Shown: positions 27,567 to 37,172, numbered from the stretch's first letter. The stretch is 64,000 nt of DNA from an uncultured delta proteobacterium (GCA_963699755.1 CAVOVB010000003.1:160001-224000); one strand, 5' to 3'. The notes: generated by a model not told the origin, from the letters alone. Numbers and translations are program-made.

Positions 27567-28949
27567 CTAGTCGTACTGGGACAAAAATCTGTAGCCTTGG
27601 CCGGCGCTACGGCGTTTCAGGATTTGAATGTGCTGCACGATATCGGGCCTGTGCAGTAGCAGGTCGGCAAACTGAGCGACCGGCATTCGCAACACCAGGA
27701 CGTCGCTTGCCGCCTGCACGGTGATGAGCGACGGCGCTCGCAAGAGCAGTGATTCCTCACCGATCGCGTGCCCGAGCTCCATTTCCCCGATGCGCGTTCC
27801 ATCGGCCCTCCTACTGACGATGCGACCGTGAAGCGGAAGGTAGAGACCGTCCGCGCGTTTGTTGGCTTCGATGATCTTCGTGCCGATGAGCGCGCGTCGC
27901 ACTTCGAACAAGCAGGCGATCTGGTGCCGGGTGGTCTCGTCGAAGGCGGTGAAGATCGGATTGGTGCGAAGCAGCGAAGCGATGAGGCGGCGACAGAGGA
28001 TCTCGAGAAGCACGTCGCCAAAGGGCGGATGTAGTTCGACCAGCCGATCGAGAAGCGCTTTGTCGATTCTGAGGGTGCGGACGCGGCCGCAAGCGATGAT
28101 GTCTTCGCCGTAGCTCACGTGCGAGAGCAAGCAGGATACGCCTGCGACGTCGCCCTCGCCGAGGAGCATGCTGCGAAGGTCGGTCCCACGTTGTCCAACG
28201 ACGCTGCCCTCGACTATCACATACAGTGCGTCTGCGGCGGTCCCTGCGGTTACCAGGCGTTGTCCGTCCTCCACGTCGACTAAGGTCGAGCCCCTGACCA
28301 GAGCTTCCAGGATGCTTCGTGGAACCTCGGCGAATAGTGGCATCGAGGGGAGCTGCGCAAGCGCTTCAGGACTCGGGCGCAGGCTCACCGGTGACTCCGG
28401 ACTGAGCGGTCGTTGGAGAAGCTCGACGCCGGTCATGTCGATCCGCACGTCCGTTGTCTTCTCGGGCTTGGTGAAGCGACTCTCTTCGGCGGGCGCCCTC
28501 TGATCTCTGATCAGCGGGAGCGCATCGGTGATCAGGCTCTGCGTGTCGGTCGTAGGTTCGTCCGGGTTCAGCGGGTAGCGTTCGTCGGCCGTGACGATGA
28601 CCTTGCGGTTTTCGCGATGGAGCCGGCGCGCAGCTTCGGGGTCTACCCGTTCGAGGACATCGCCTTTGCTCGGGTCGATCGCCAAGATCACTTTGGCCAT
28701 CGCTGCAGCGCGAGCGACGAAGCCCTTGGCTGCATAGAGGTCCACAGCGCGCTCGTAGGCAGCCACGGCATCGGCCTTGCGCCCCATCCGTTGCAGAAGG
28801 TCGCCTCTTCGGTGCGACCAACGCGGCTCATCCTTCAGCTTCTTCTCGATCAGCTCGTAGATATCGAGCGCTTCGTGCAGCCGTTCGGCCTTGAGTGCCT
28901 GACTGAGCTGCGCCCGTAGGTCTACCGGCTTGCTAGGTCGCCTGAACAT
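27567..28949 (-). CDS. TPR + two cyclic-nucleotide-binding domain protein
   Basis: N-terminal TPR-like helices (GDLLQRMG..AVAAYERA); two cNMP-like domains (MPLFAEV...LYVIVEGSV...GEGDVAG; NPIFTAF...GHAIGEESLL). Confidence 0.75.
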   Translation of the reverse strand: MFRRPSKPVDLRAQLSQALKAERLHEALDIYELIEKKLKDEPRWSHRRGDLLQRMGRKADAVAAYERAVDLYAAKGFVARAAAMAKVILAIDPSKGDVLERVDPEAARRLHRENRKVIVTADERYPLNPDEPTTDTQSLITDALPLIRDQRAPAEESRFTKPEKTTDVRIDMTGVELLQRPLSPESPVSLRPSPEALAQLPSMPLFAEVPRSILEALVRGSTLVDVEDGQRLVTAGTAADALYVIVEGSVVGQRGTDLRSMLLGEGDVAGVSCLLSHVSYGEDIIACGRVRTLRIDKALLDRLVELHPPFGDVLLEILCRRLIASLLRTNPIFTAFDETTRHQIACLFEVRRALIGTKIIEANKRADGLYLPLHGRIVSRRADGTRIGEMELGHAIGEESLLLRAPSLITVQAASDVLVLRMPVAQFADLLLHRPDIVQHIQILKRRSAGQGYRFLSQYD

Positions 28950-29120
28950 CCTTCCACCCCCTCGGAAGCAAATCCAAAACTCACCCTAGCGGTTTAATTC
29001 GCCGATCCCAAACCGAACCAAAATTGCCCTCGGAATGGCTTCCATTTACGGCTTGTCGCCGCTCGGGCTGCCGTTGTTCGACCACGGGGCGGGGTCGTGG
29101 GAACGACCGCCGACCTATGC

Positions 29121-30878
29121 CTAGTCGACCGCCCTCTTGAACAAGCGGAGAAAGCCGACCAGGTCGATCGCACTGCCCTCGAATCTCACGTCGCCGCGCG
29201 CAAAGGCGTCGACCGGGCTACGCAGCCCGAGCATGAGATCGCGCCAGACGGCCGAGTCTGCGGTGATGGTGAGGTCCCGGCCCTCGGGAAGGCCGTCGAT
29301 GAACTCGGCGACACCGCGCCGGATGTGGATTCCGTAGGCTCCATCGACGTCGGGGAAACGGAATCCGACCAGCATCTCCTGGTTGGCGCTCTTCTCGTAG
29401 ATGAGGTTGGCCGGCATCGCCGCGACGAAGCTGCGAATCGGAACCGTGCTGACGAACGAGAGGGCGTTCTCCGGCTTGATCTGATCGTGGATCTCGACTT
29501 TGCCTTCGAGCTCGAGCGCCTGGGTGAGGTAGTAGTTGCGCGCATTGGCGTTGACCTGGTGGCGTCCGAGAGCCCGAAGCGCGTCCGCTTTGACTTGCCG
29601 GGCCGCAGAGGAGCCGGGGTCGAGCCGAATGGAATGGCTCGCGAGCTCTGCCGCCCATGCATGCTGCTCCTCGTCGACCGCCTTGCGCGCAGCCTCTAGC
29701 AGACGGTCCGCGCCTCCCGCGAGCGCCGCCATTGCCTTGGCCCGCTCGTCCGGGCTAGCGGGCTCGAGCGTAGCGGCGTCGCCGTCGAACCATCCAAGGT
29801 AGCCGTCGAAGATTCCGCGCACCGCCCATGCGACCTTGCCGTAGTATTCCTGCAGATAGGGATGCTCCGCCAAGTGCGGCGGGAGCCGAACCAGGGCGAC
29901 TAGCTCATCGGGTTTGAGGCCTCTGTTGATGCCTTGGATCGTCTGGTCGTGCACGAACTGAATCGCGTCGCGATACGCCGTCAGCGTCTGGTACACCTCG
30001 TCTTGCCCCGAGAGCGAGCGTGTGTGGCTCGGGACGAGATGGCTGGGTTTGAGCGCCCGCATCTTGTCGATGCTCTGCGCCCAAGCGAGGACGTCGCGAT
30101 AGAGCGTCCCACGAATCGAGTAGAGGTTCGGAAAGGCCTTGTAGATGTTGTCCCCGGGCATCAACACTCCGCGCTGGGGGAGCCAGACGAAAAGCTGGTC
30201 GTTCGTCTCTCCCGGCGCATGGATCAGCCTGACCTGCACGCCGCAGATCTCGGTCTCGAGCTCGTCCGAGAAGGTCTTGGTCGGACGAATGAGCCCGAGC
30301 GTCATGTTCGAATCCAGAGTCTCCACAAAGGGTCCGAGCCCGACGTTCTCCCGCTGGTCTGGACCCGATTGCGTCAGCTCGCTCCCGAACATCCGGGAGC
30401 TCCGCACGCGGAGAATCGGCCGCAGGACGCTGACCGTTCGATTGATGTAGTGGTTCGTGGTCTCGTGCGCGTAAACGTCGATCTCGCCGTCCGGCGCAAA
30501 GGCGAGTCCGCCCATCACGTGGTCGGCATGGTTGTGCGTGTAGATCAGCGCCTCGACCGGCTTGTGCGTGATCTTGTCGAACTCCGCCTTCACTTCTTGG
30601 GCGGTTTCCATCGAACCCATCACGTCTATGATGAACACGCAGTCTTCGCCTTCGATCATGATCGAGTTGGCGATGCCGAAGCCGACTGCCTGGTAGACGC
30701 CATCGGTGACGGTGTAGACTTTGCGTTTGAACTCGTCGTTCAGGCCCTCCAGAGTCGCAATCGCTTCATCGTTGGACACCGCCGAGGAGGGTTCCCTCGG
30801 CGCCTGGGGGCGTTCGCAGGCGACGAGCAATAGAAGCAGGAGCGAGATCGGGGAGCGAAAAGCTGTACGCGACCTCAT
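29121..30878 (-). CDS. Alkyl/aryl-sulfatase (SdsA-like metallo-beta-lactamase fold), lipoprotein
   Basis: Lipobox LLVAC; YTHNHADH, APGETNDQ, FPNLYSIRGT, PSH, YLGWFDG; C-terminal SCP2-like domain. Confidence 0.85.
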   Translation of the reverse strand: MRSRTAFRSPISLLLLLLVACERPQAPREPSSAVSNDEAIATLEGLNDEFKRKVYTVTDGVYQAVGFGIANSIMIEGEDCVFIIDVMGSMETAQEVKAEFDKITHKPVEALIYTHNHADHVMGGLAFAPDGEIDVYAHETTNHYINRTVSVLRPILRVRSSRMFGSELTQSGPDQRENVGLGPFVETLDSNMTLGLIRPTKTFSDELETEICGVQVRLIHAPGETNDQLFVWLPQRGVLMPGDNIYKAFPNLYSIRGTLYRDVLAWAQSIDKMRALKPSHLVPSHTRSLSGQDEVYQTLTAYRDAIQFVHDQTIQGINRGLKPDELVALVRLPPHLAEHPYLQEYYGKVAWAVRGIFDGYLGWFDGDAATLEPASPDERAKAMAALAGGADRLLEAARKAVDEEQHAWAAELASHSIRLDPGSSAARQVKADALRALGRHQVNANARNYYLTQALELEGKVEIHDQIKPENALSFVSTVPIRSFVAAMPANLIYEKSANQEMLVGFRFPDVDGAYGIHIRRGVAEFIDGLPEGRDLTITADSAVWRDLMLGLRSPVDAFARGDVRFEGSAIDLVGFLRLFKRAVD

Positions 30879-32521
30879 GGCTTTGGCGTCTCGGCACGGG
30901 CCGCGTTCGCCTCACCGAGACGCAAGTGCATGACCCCGGCAAAGGCCGCGAAAATCGGATCGCCATTGGGCAGGACCTGCAAGGCCAACATGATGGGGTT
31001 ATAGCGCTCGCTTGTCCCGAGGGTATACACCGCGCGTGTTGCGCCGGTGTCCCAGTCGAGCGTTTGCATCGTCCATTGCCCGTCCTTGAGCCCGACTGTG
31101 TGAAGCTGCCGATTCAGGGTCGTGACAACCGGGGTGCTGTTGGGGCTCGAGACATCAGGCCGGGTCCAAGCAACTTCCCATTCGCGCTTTTCCCGGTCCC
31201 ACTGGAATTTCTGCACGCCGTAAGGCGTGCGCGCCGGGTCCTTCATTTTGAGCTGCACGTCGAGCATCATCTTCTCGTTGGTCTTGACCTGGTTGTTTGC
31301 GAGGACCGCGCCGTAGTCGAAGATGGTCGCCGAGTTCTCGGAATACGAGTTGTCGAGCGCCGGGTCGCCGAAGTTCACCGGGAGCAGGCCCGCGATGCGA
31401 CGACTGCTCGTTCCGGGAATTTGCTTCCAGTCCGAGGGAATCCCGTCGCGCCAGTAGAGGATCAGGTTGTTCACGTTGGCGGCGTCGGCGAAGACGACGA
31501 ACCTGTCTTTGTCATCGGGCCCACCCATGAGCGCCGGTGTCGTGCCCGAGCCGCGTTCCGCTCTCAAGGTCGCATCGAGGGAGCCAATCTCGTAAGCCTC
31601 GACCCAGGCACCATCCTTCGGGTCGTCGCTGAACCGGTTGCCCTTCCAGATGAGCTTATGGAGCTTTCTGGTCCCTGGGACGTAAACGCCACCACGCTCA
31701 TCCACGGCGATGCTGTTCCAGATCTGTTCACCGGGCAGATTGTAGTAGACGGCCTTGCTGAGGTCCGGGTCAATCGCGACGACCGTTCCATCGATGGTCA
31801 CCGCGATGATATGACCGTCAGGCGCGACGTTCATCCCAATCATGATCGGAAGCGGCATCTTCAGCCCAAGCTGGAGCTTCAGCTTCTCGAAGACGTACTG
31901 CCCGAGCTTCACGATCGACGAGTCGGGCTTTCCGGGCTCCGCATCGCCGTAGGCGACGACGCCGTTGCGATTGCTCACGTACAGGATTCCCTTGTTGCTC
32001 ACCATCGCGTAGTACGCCCGTAGGCCTTCGATTTGGTATCCGTTCCACTCGTCGGCGAGCTCGTCGTACTTTTCGGTGCCGAGCTTCGCTGCATCTAGCT
32101 TCGCGACGAAGCCTTGCATATCCTCAGGCTCGAAGCGCGGAAACCTCTTGGGCTGAAGCGGGAGCTCGGTGATCTTCTGGAGCCGGTTCTGCTCATCGAG
32201 ACGGAGCTTCATGATTCGGTCGACCTGCGAAACCCAGAACACCGTGGTCCCGTCCGGATAGCGGTAGTCGAGGATTCCGCCGGCGATCGGCGAGGACCAG
32301 AGATGATCGATCTGCTCCTCTCCGAGGGCCTGCGTCGGCGCTTCCGGTCCTCTGAGTGGCAGGGCATCGGTCTGGTAGGTGTTGCAGTGAATGGTCGGGC
32401 AGGTCCCGTCCGATAGGCGCGTCTGCTCCAGGCCGGGCAGCGGGATCGGCTCGGTTCGAGCACAGCCCATCCAGAGCAAGGCCGTCACGAGAGCTCCGAT
32501 TCTCGTCCTCTTCATCACCAT
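30875..32521 (-). CDS. Uncharacterised lipoprotein, probable beta-propeller
   Basis: Lipobox LWMGC; IWNSIAVDERGGVYV, GSGTTPALMG; 4-nt overlap with the sulfatase gene. Confidence 0.65.
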   Translation of the reverse strand: MVMKRTRIGALVTALLWMGCARTEPIPLPGLEQTRLSDGTCPTIHCNTYQTDALPLRGPEAPTQALGEEQIDHLWSSPIAGGILDYRYPDGTTVFWVSQVDRIMKLRLDEQNRLQKITELPLQPKRFPRFEPEDMQGFVAKLDAAKLGTEKYDELADEWNGYQIEGLRAYYAMVSNKGILYVSNRNGVVAYGDAEPGKPDSSIVKLGQYVFEKLKLQLGLKMPLPIMIGMNVAPDGHIIAVTIDGTVVAIDPDLSKAVYYNLPGEQIWNSIAVDERGGVYVPGTRKLHKLIWKGNRFSDDPKDGAWVEAYEIGSLDATLRAERGSGTTPALMGGPDDKDRFVVFADAANVNNLILYWRDGIPSDWKQIPGTSSRRIAGLLPVNFGDPALDNSYSENSATIFDYGAVLANNQVKTNEKMMLDVQLKMKDPARTPYGVQKFQWDREKREWEVAWTRPDVSSPNSTPVVTTLNRQLHTVGLKDGQWTMQTLDWDTGATRAVYTLGTSERYNPIMLALQVLPNGDPIFAAFAGVMHLRLGEANAARAETPKP

Positions 32522-32599
32522 CCGCCTCCAGTCGTGCTTGACGTTATCGATCTAGGGGCCAAATGTCACACCGATCGAACATTGCCAGGAGAGTGACCG

Positions 32600-33550
32600 A
32601 TGAAGACGCTGGAGCTGCGAAGCGGAACGAGGATGCCGGCTCTGGGCCTCGGGACTTGGAAATCGGAACCAGACGAGGTCTACCGGGCGGTCCGCGCGGC
32701 GATCGAGGTTGGTTACCGGCACATCGATTGCGCGGCGATCTACCAAAACGAAGAAGACGTCGGCCGTGCCCTCAGCGACGCCTTCCAGGCGGGCGATGCA
32801 AAACGCGAAGAGGTATGGGTTACGAGCAAGCTTTGGAACGATTCGCACGCGCCCGAGCAGGTGAGACCGGCGCTCGAGACGAGCCTGCGCAAGCTCCAGC
32901 TCGACTACTTGGACCTCTATCTCATTCACTGGCCCGTGGCCTTGCGGCAGGGTGTCCTCCTGCCGACCGGACCCGAGGACTTCATTCCGCTGTCGGAGAT
33001 TCCTCTGGCGACGACCTGGGAGGCGATGCTCAAAGCATCCGAGCAAGGCCTTGCGCGAGAAGTCGGCGTCTCGAACTTCAGTAAGCAGATGATTAAGCGG
33101 GTCAGCGAGGAAACGGGTCGCACCCCGGCGCTCAACCAGGTCGAGCTGCACCCGTATCTTCAGCAAGATGACCTGGTCGCCGCCTGCAAAATGCTCGGCG
33201 TAGCGGTCACCGCCTATTCCCCGCTGGGCTCACCCGACTCCGCTGCCATGATGGGCCGCCACGACGAAGCTCCCCTCACTCGGCATCCGACGATCGTGCA
33301 GGTCGCCACCTCGCACGGGGCGACACCGGGGCAGGTCCTGATCGCCTGGGCTCTTGCCCGCGGCACCAGCGTCATCCCCAAGTCGGTAAACCCCGGCCGC
33401 ATCGCCGAGAACCTTGCCGCAGGCGAGCTCGAGCTCAGCGCCACGGACATGGCCGCCATCGCCGCGCTCGACGAGCATCGGCGGATGGTCGACGGCAGCT
33501 TCTGGTTTCTCGGCGAGACCTACTCGCCACAGACGCTCTGGGACGAATGA
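32600..33550 (+). CDS. Aldo/keto reductase
   Basis: MPALGLGTW, GYRHIDCAAIY, TSKLWN, LDLYLIHWP, GVSNF, IPKSVNPGRIAEN. Confidence 0.93.
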   Translation: MKTLELRSGTRMPALGLGTWKSEPDEVYRAVRAAIEVGYRHIDCAAIYQNEEDVGRALSDAFQAGDAKREEVWVTSKLWNDSHAPEQVRPALETSLRKLQLDYLDLYLIHWPVALRQGVLLPTGPEDFIPLSEIPLATTWEAMLKASEQGLAREVGVSNFSKQMIKRVSEETGRTPALNQVELHPYLQQDDLVAACKMLGVAVTAYSPLGSPDSAAMMGRHDEAPLTRHPTIVQVATSHGATPGQVLIAWALARGTSVIPKSVNPGRIAENLAAGELELSATDMAAIAALDEHRRMVDGSFWFLGETYSPQTLWDE

Positions 33551-33556
33551 AGAGCG

Positions 33557-34161
33557 CTATGCCCTTGGAGCACGCAGCCTTCGCCAGGTAAGGATTGCGA
33601 CGTGCGTGATGCTCTCCGACCCCAATCCCCCCATGTATGGAACGAAGACAATCTCGGTGAGGTCGGGATCGAGGCGAGCGATATACCCATTGCCGCTCGC
33701 CAGTACCTCATCATCGGCGCCAAAGCCCGCGGAGGTCGTCCCGCCGGCGATGTACACGTCCCCGTTGCCGGGGTGAACGAGGAGGGCATTGACGGACTCG
33801 TTGCCGCTGCCTCCGACGTAGGTTGCCTGCAAGAGCGGATCGATGACGAGCACCCTCGACGGATCGTAGGCTCCAAGCTCGAAGCCGTAGCCGCGCTCGG
33901 TCAGCTCATAGGCCACGTCGACCTCGAGACGCGTGCTGCCCATCTCCTGGTACGCGATGGGCGCCGTGAAGGTCCGGGTCCTGCGCTGGTGTCGAGGGTC
34001 AGCTGCCCGCGAGCGTCGAGGGACATGCCGTCGATCCCATCGACGCGGACTTGGATCAGACTCGGGTCGGCGCCTGGCGCTAAGGAGTAGAGCTGCTCGA
34101 CGTTGTTACCGTATGCGCGAAGCTGTAGCTCGATCCCTTCGTAGATCTCGCCGAGGCGCGC
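33557..34161 (-). pseudogene. Frameshifted, doubly truncated remnant of an SBBP beta-propeller repeat surface protein (DUF7948-like N-domain)
   Basis: Manual translation: ARLGEIYEGIELQLRAYGNNVEQLYSLAPGADPSLIQVRVDG...TLDTSAGP, frameshift at about 33975, then TFTAPIAYQEMG...YGFELGAYDPSRVLVIDPLLQATYVGGSGNE...GDVYIAGGT. No start codon or signal peptide. Confidence 0.7.
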
Positions 34162-35037
34162 CTAGTAGAGGAGCTCTACCCAGCGGCCACCGGCCATCAG
34201 CTCGGCCTTGCGTCGTGCCCACTTCTTCTCTGAGCCCGCGATCTCGCTGAACGCGAGGTCGAGCTCGCCCCGCATCTTCTCGAGGCCGGCGACGTAGACG
34301 TAGGTGTTGGGCTTTCCTAGAAGGTCCCAGAGCTCGTCGCCTAGCTCCGAGAGGGCGCCGTCCCAGTTGATGGGGGCTGCCCAAGTCGGTCGGGGGCTCA
34401 GCGCTTTGAACGCTTGGAAAGTCTCCCGATCGTAGTACTGACTGAAATCGTCGCGCTCGTCATTCATGTAGAGCAGCTCGAGCCCGCTTCGGGCGCCGTA
34501 GAAGAGGGTGATGGTTCCCCTCCAGTCCGGGACGTTCTTGTAGAGGTGCTTCACGAACGCGCGAAATGGTGCGATGCCGGTGCCGGTGCCGATGAGGATC
34601 AAGTTGGCGTCCATCTCTTGTGGCACTTCGAACGCCAGGCCGTACGGACCCGTCATGGTGATCTGATCGCCGGGCACGCGGTCGCAAAGGTAGTTCGATG
34701 CGACGCCCGGATACTGCTCGCCGCTGTACTTGTCGACGTAGCTACAACGGCGCACCGCGATCTTGATTCGCGGCAAGCCCTTGGCCCCGCGCTCCGGAAG
34801 GTCCGCGACGCTGTAGAGACGCAAGTGATACTCCTGCCCGAACTCCTTAGTCCCTGGGGCGAGCACGCCAACGCTTTGTCCGAGCTGGAGCGCGAAGTCC
34901 CGGTTCTGAAGGTCCAGCGTGAGCTCACGGACCTCGATGCCCGAGGCCTCCGTGGTGATTCTCTCGCTAGAGACCACGGTGGCTTGAAACCGCTCTTTGG
35001 TGTCGTAGTCCTCGAGGTGGGCAACCGCCTTGTTCAT
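34162..35037 (-). CDS. Ferredoxin--NAD(P)+ reductase (plant-type/BoxA-C-terminal-like FNR)
   Basis: RLYSVA, GVASNYLC, TGPYG, GTGTGIAPFRAF, LFYGAR, terminal aromatic residue (VELLY). Confidence 0.8.
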   Translation of the reverse strand: MNKAVAHLEDYDTKERFQATVVSSERITTEASGIEVRELTLDLQNRDFALQLGQSVGVLAPGTKEFGQEYHLRLYSVADLPERGAKGLPRIKIAVRRCSYVDKYSGEQYPGVASNYLCDRVPGDQITMTGPYGLAFEVPQEMDANLILIGTGTGIAPFRAFVKHLYKNVPDWRGTITLFYGARSGLELLYMNDERDDFSQYYDRETFQAFKALSPRPTWAAPINWDGALSELGDELWDLLGKPNTYVYVAGLEKMRGELDLAFSEIAGSEKKWARRKAELMAGGRWVELLY

Positions 35038-35249
35038 CGCATTTCCTCCCGGGCCTTACAGGCTCCGCTCGCTGGCCTTCGGTGACAAGCTTCTGAGTCG
35101 TGACAGCCCCGGCATCCGGTACGCCCGGCTAGGGCGTCGGGATCGAGCCCAACATCGGTGAACGATCTCTTCCAGGCGCGCTGGACACCGAACCAGGCCG
35201 CGGACAGGAGTAGGAAGGCTCCGACACCGATGGCGTAGTGGTACATCAT
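35034..35249 (-). CDS. 71-aa single-TM Cys-rich protein
   Basis: MMYHYAIGVGAFLLLSAAWFGVQRAW...GRTGCRGCHDSEAC...C; starts 5 nt after the rnfA stop and has an ATGA overlap with FNR. Confidence 0.65.
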   Translation of the reverse strand: MMYHYAIGVGAFLLLSAAWFGVQRAWKRSFTDVGLDPDALAGRTGCRGCHDSEACHRRPASGACKAREEMR

Positions 35250-35254
35250 CCGTC

Positions 35255-35836
35255 CTATCCCCCCAAACCGCCGAAGCCCATGAAGGTCACCGAAAGCAGG
35301 CCAGCGATCATCAGAGCCATCGCGGTCCCCTTCGTGACGTCGGGCACCTCGGCCAGCTCGAGCTTCTCGCGTAGGCCCGCCATGAGTACCAGGGCCAAGG
35401 TGAATCCGACCCCGGCGCCCAGCGCAAAGACGATGCACTGCAGGAAGCTATACCCCTTGTTGGTTTGAAAGAGCGCCAAGCCAAGGATGGCGCAGTTGGT
35501 CGTGATCAGAGGCAGGAAGATCCCGAGTGAGCGAAAGAGCGCCGGGCTGACCTTCTTGATGAACATCTCGACCAGTTGCACGGTCGACGCGATGACGGCG
35601 ATGAACGAAATGAGCTTCAGGTACGGGGCGTCGATCGCTACGAGCAGGGCCTGGATTCCAAAGGCGCAGATCGAGCTCACGAGCATGACGAAGGTCACCG
35701 CTCCGCCCATGCGGGTGGCGGTCTCGAGCTTCGAGGACACGCCCAGAAACGGGCAGATGCCTAGGAAATACGCCAGGACGAAGTTGTTGACGAGGCTGGC
35801 GTTGATGAAGATCGTCCAGAGGGATTCGTCGCCCAT
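35255..35836 (-). CDS. rnfA: Rnf complex subunit A
   Basis: NNFVLAYFLGICPFLGVS, LGIFLPLITTNCAILG; start overlaps the rnfE stop. Confidence 0.92.
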   Translation of the reverse strand: MGDESLWTIFINASLVNNFVLAYFLGICPFLGVSSKLETATRMGGAVTFVMLVSSICAFGIQALLVAIDAPYLKLISFIAVIASTVQLVEMFIKKVSPALFRSLGIFLPLITTNCAILGLALFQTNKGYSFLQCIVFALGAGVGFTLALVLMAGLREKLELAEVPDVTKGTAMALMIAGLLSVTFMGFGGLGG

Positions 35837-36489
35837 CACGCGACCTCCTTGCTGAGCCCGAGTGCAGCCGTAGGCTCGCGCTTGGCCTTGCGCTGTTTGA
35901 GCCAATTGAAGAGCAGCAACCAGCCGGCCAGGGTGAAGAAGCCGCCGCTCGGCAGGATCATCACGACCCAGTCTTGGAAGGAATCGTGAAAGAGCTGGGC
36001 GCCGAACAAAGAGCCGGCGCCCAGGACCTCCCGAACCGCTCCGAGGCAGAAGAGAGCGAACGCGAAGCCGATCCCCATGCCGAGGCCGTCCATCATCGAC
36101 CGCCCGACGGTGTTTTTGGAGGCGAACGCTTCAGCCCGTCCGAGGATTAGGCAGTTCACGACGATGAGCGAAATGAACGCGCCGAGCGCCTTGTAGAGGT
36201 CGAGGCTCACCGCTTGGATCGCGTAGTCCACCACCGTCACGAAGGTGGCGATGATCAAAATGTAGGTCGCGATGCGAACCTGCTTGGGGATGAAGCTACG
36301 CAGCGACGAGACCACGATGTTTGACATGACCAAGACGAACGCCGTCGCCAGGCCCATGGCGAGCGCGTTGATCGCCGTGTTCGAGACCGCGAGCACCGGA
36401 CACATACCGAGCACTTGAACGAAGACCGGGTTCTCTTTCCACAAGCCTTTGATGAACTCGTCGGTGCTGCTCTTGGTCGGCGTCGCCAT
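35836..36489 (-). CDS. rnfE: Rnf complex subunit E
   Basis: KGLWKENPVFVQVLGMCPVLAV, LIVVNCLILGRAEAFASKN. Confidence 0.92.
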   Translation of the reverse strand: MATPTKSSTDEFIKGLWKENPVFVQVLGMCPVLAVSNTAINALAMGLATAFVLVMSNIVVSSLRSFIPKQVRIATYILIIATFVTVVDYAIQAVSLDLYKALGAFISLIVVNCLILGRAEAFASKNTVGRSMMDGLGMGIGFAFALFCLGAVREVLGAGSLFGAQLFHDSFQDWVVMILPSGGFFTLAGWLLLFNWLKQRKAKREPTAALGLSKEVA

Positions 36490-36491
36490 GT

Positions 36492-37172
36492 CTATTCCCC
36501 TCCCTGGAAGTCTGAGAGGTTCGCGCCAATGCGAGGCATCCAGTACTGCGCGCTTCGATCGAGGATGTTGGCGATCGCCACGGACGAAATCGTCGCGCCG
36601 GTGATGCCGTCCACCTCCCAGGGGTTGCTCTTCGTGCCGTGTTTGACGGGCACGATGGGATTGGCGAGCTTTGATCGATCGTCGGTGAGCGAGACGTCGA
36701 GGCGCTCGAAGTTGCTCAGGAACTCGGGGTCGCTCTCGATCTTGTCACCGAGTCCTGGGGTCTCCTTGCTCTCGAGGACTTGGATCCCGATGATCGCATC
36801 TTCGGTGAAGGAGTAGCCGTAGATGAGCGCGATCACGTCTTGGTAACCCATGCCCTGCGCCTCCACCGCCAGACCCACGAGATTTCCGTCGGCGTCGTAG
36901 CCGGCGTAGACCAGCTGTTCACCGGCGCCCTCTAGAACCTCGAACGCGCCATCGTCCGCCAAGCGATACGCGTTGCTCGTGCTGGCCGCCGGAAGAACGT
37001 GCAGGATCGCCTCCTGTAGCGCCTCTGCCTTGTTGCGTTCGATGACTGGGCGCGTCACCTGGAACACAGTCACGATGAGGAGGCCACAGAAGACCCCGAT
37101 ACCGACCATGGATCGGTACATGTGCCAGATGCTCGGTGGGGCAGCGGGGCTTGCCAGCTCGTGGGAGCTCAC
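36492..37172 (-). CDS. rnfG: Rnf complex subunit G (FMN-binding)
   Basis: N-terminal TM helix, GYQD, KETPGLGDKI, VDGITGATISS (flavinylation site); GTG start overlaps the rnfD stop. Confidence 0.88.
   Translation of the reverse strand: MSSHELASPAAPPSIWHMYRSMVGIGVFCGLLIVTVFQVTRPVIERNKAEALQEAILHVLPAASTSNAYRLADDGAFEVLEGAGEQLVYAGYDADGNLVGLAVEAQGMGYQDVIALIYGYSFTEDAIIGIQVLESKETPGLGDKIESDPEFLSNFERLDVSLTDDRSKLANPIVPVKHGTKSNPWEVDGITGATISSVAIANILDRSAQYWMPRIGANLSDFQGGE

Noticed and set aside
34162..34164. Possible TAG readthrough (pyrrolysine or recoding) fusing FNR to the downstream in-frame fragment
   Set aside because: FNR ends at its canonical terminal Tyr, the downstream piece is frameshifted and unrelated, and no pyl genes are seen. 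An in-frame junction has a 1-in-3 chance.
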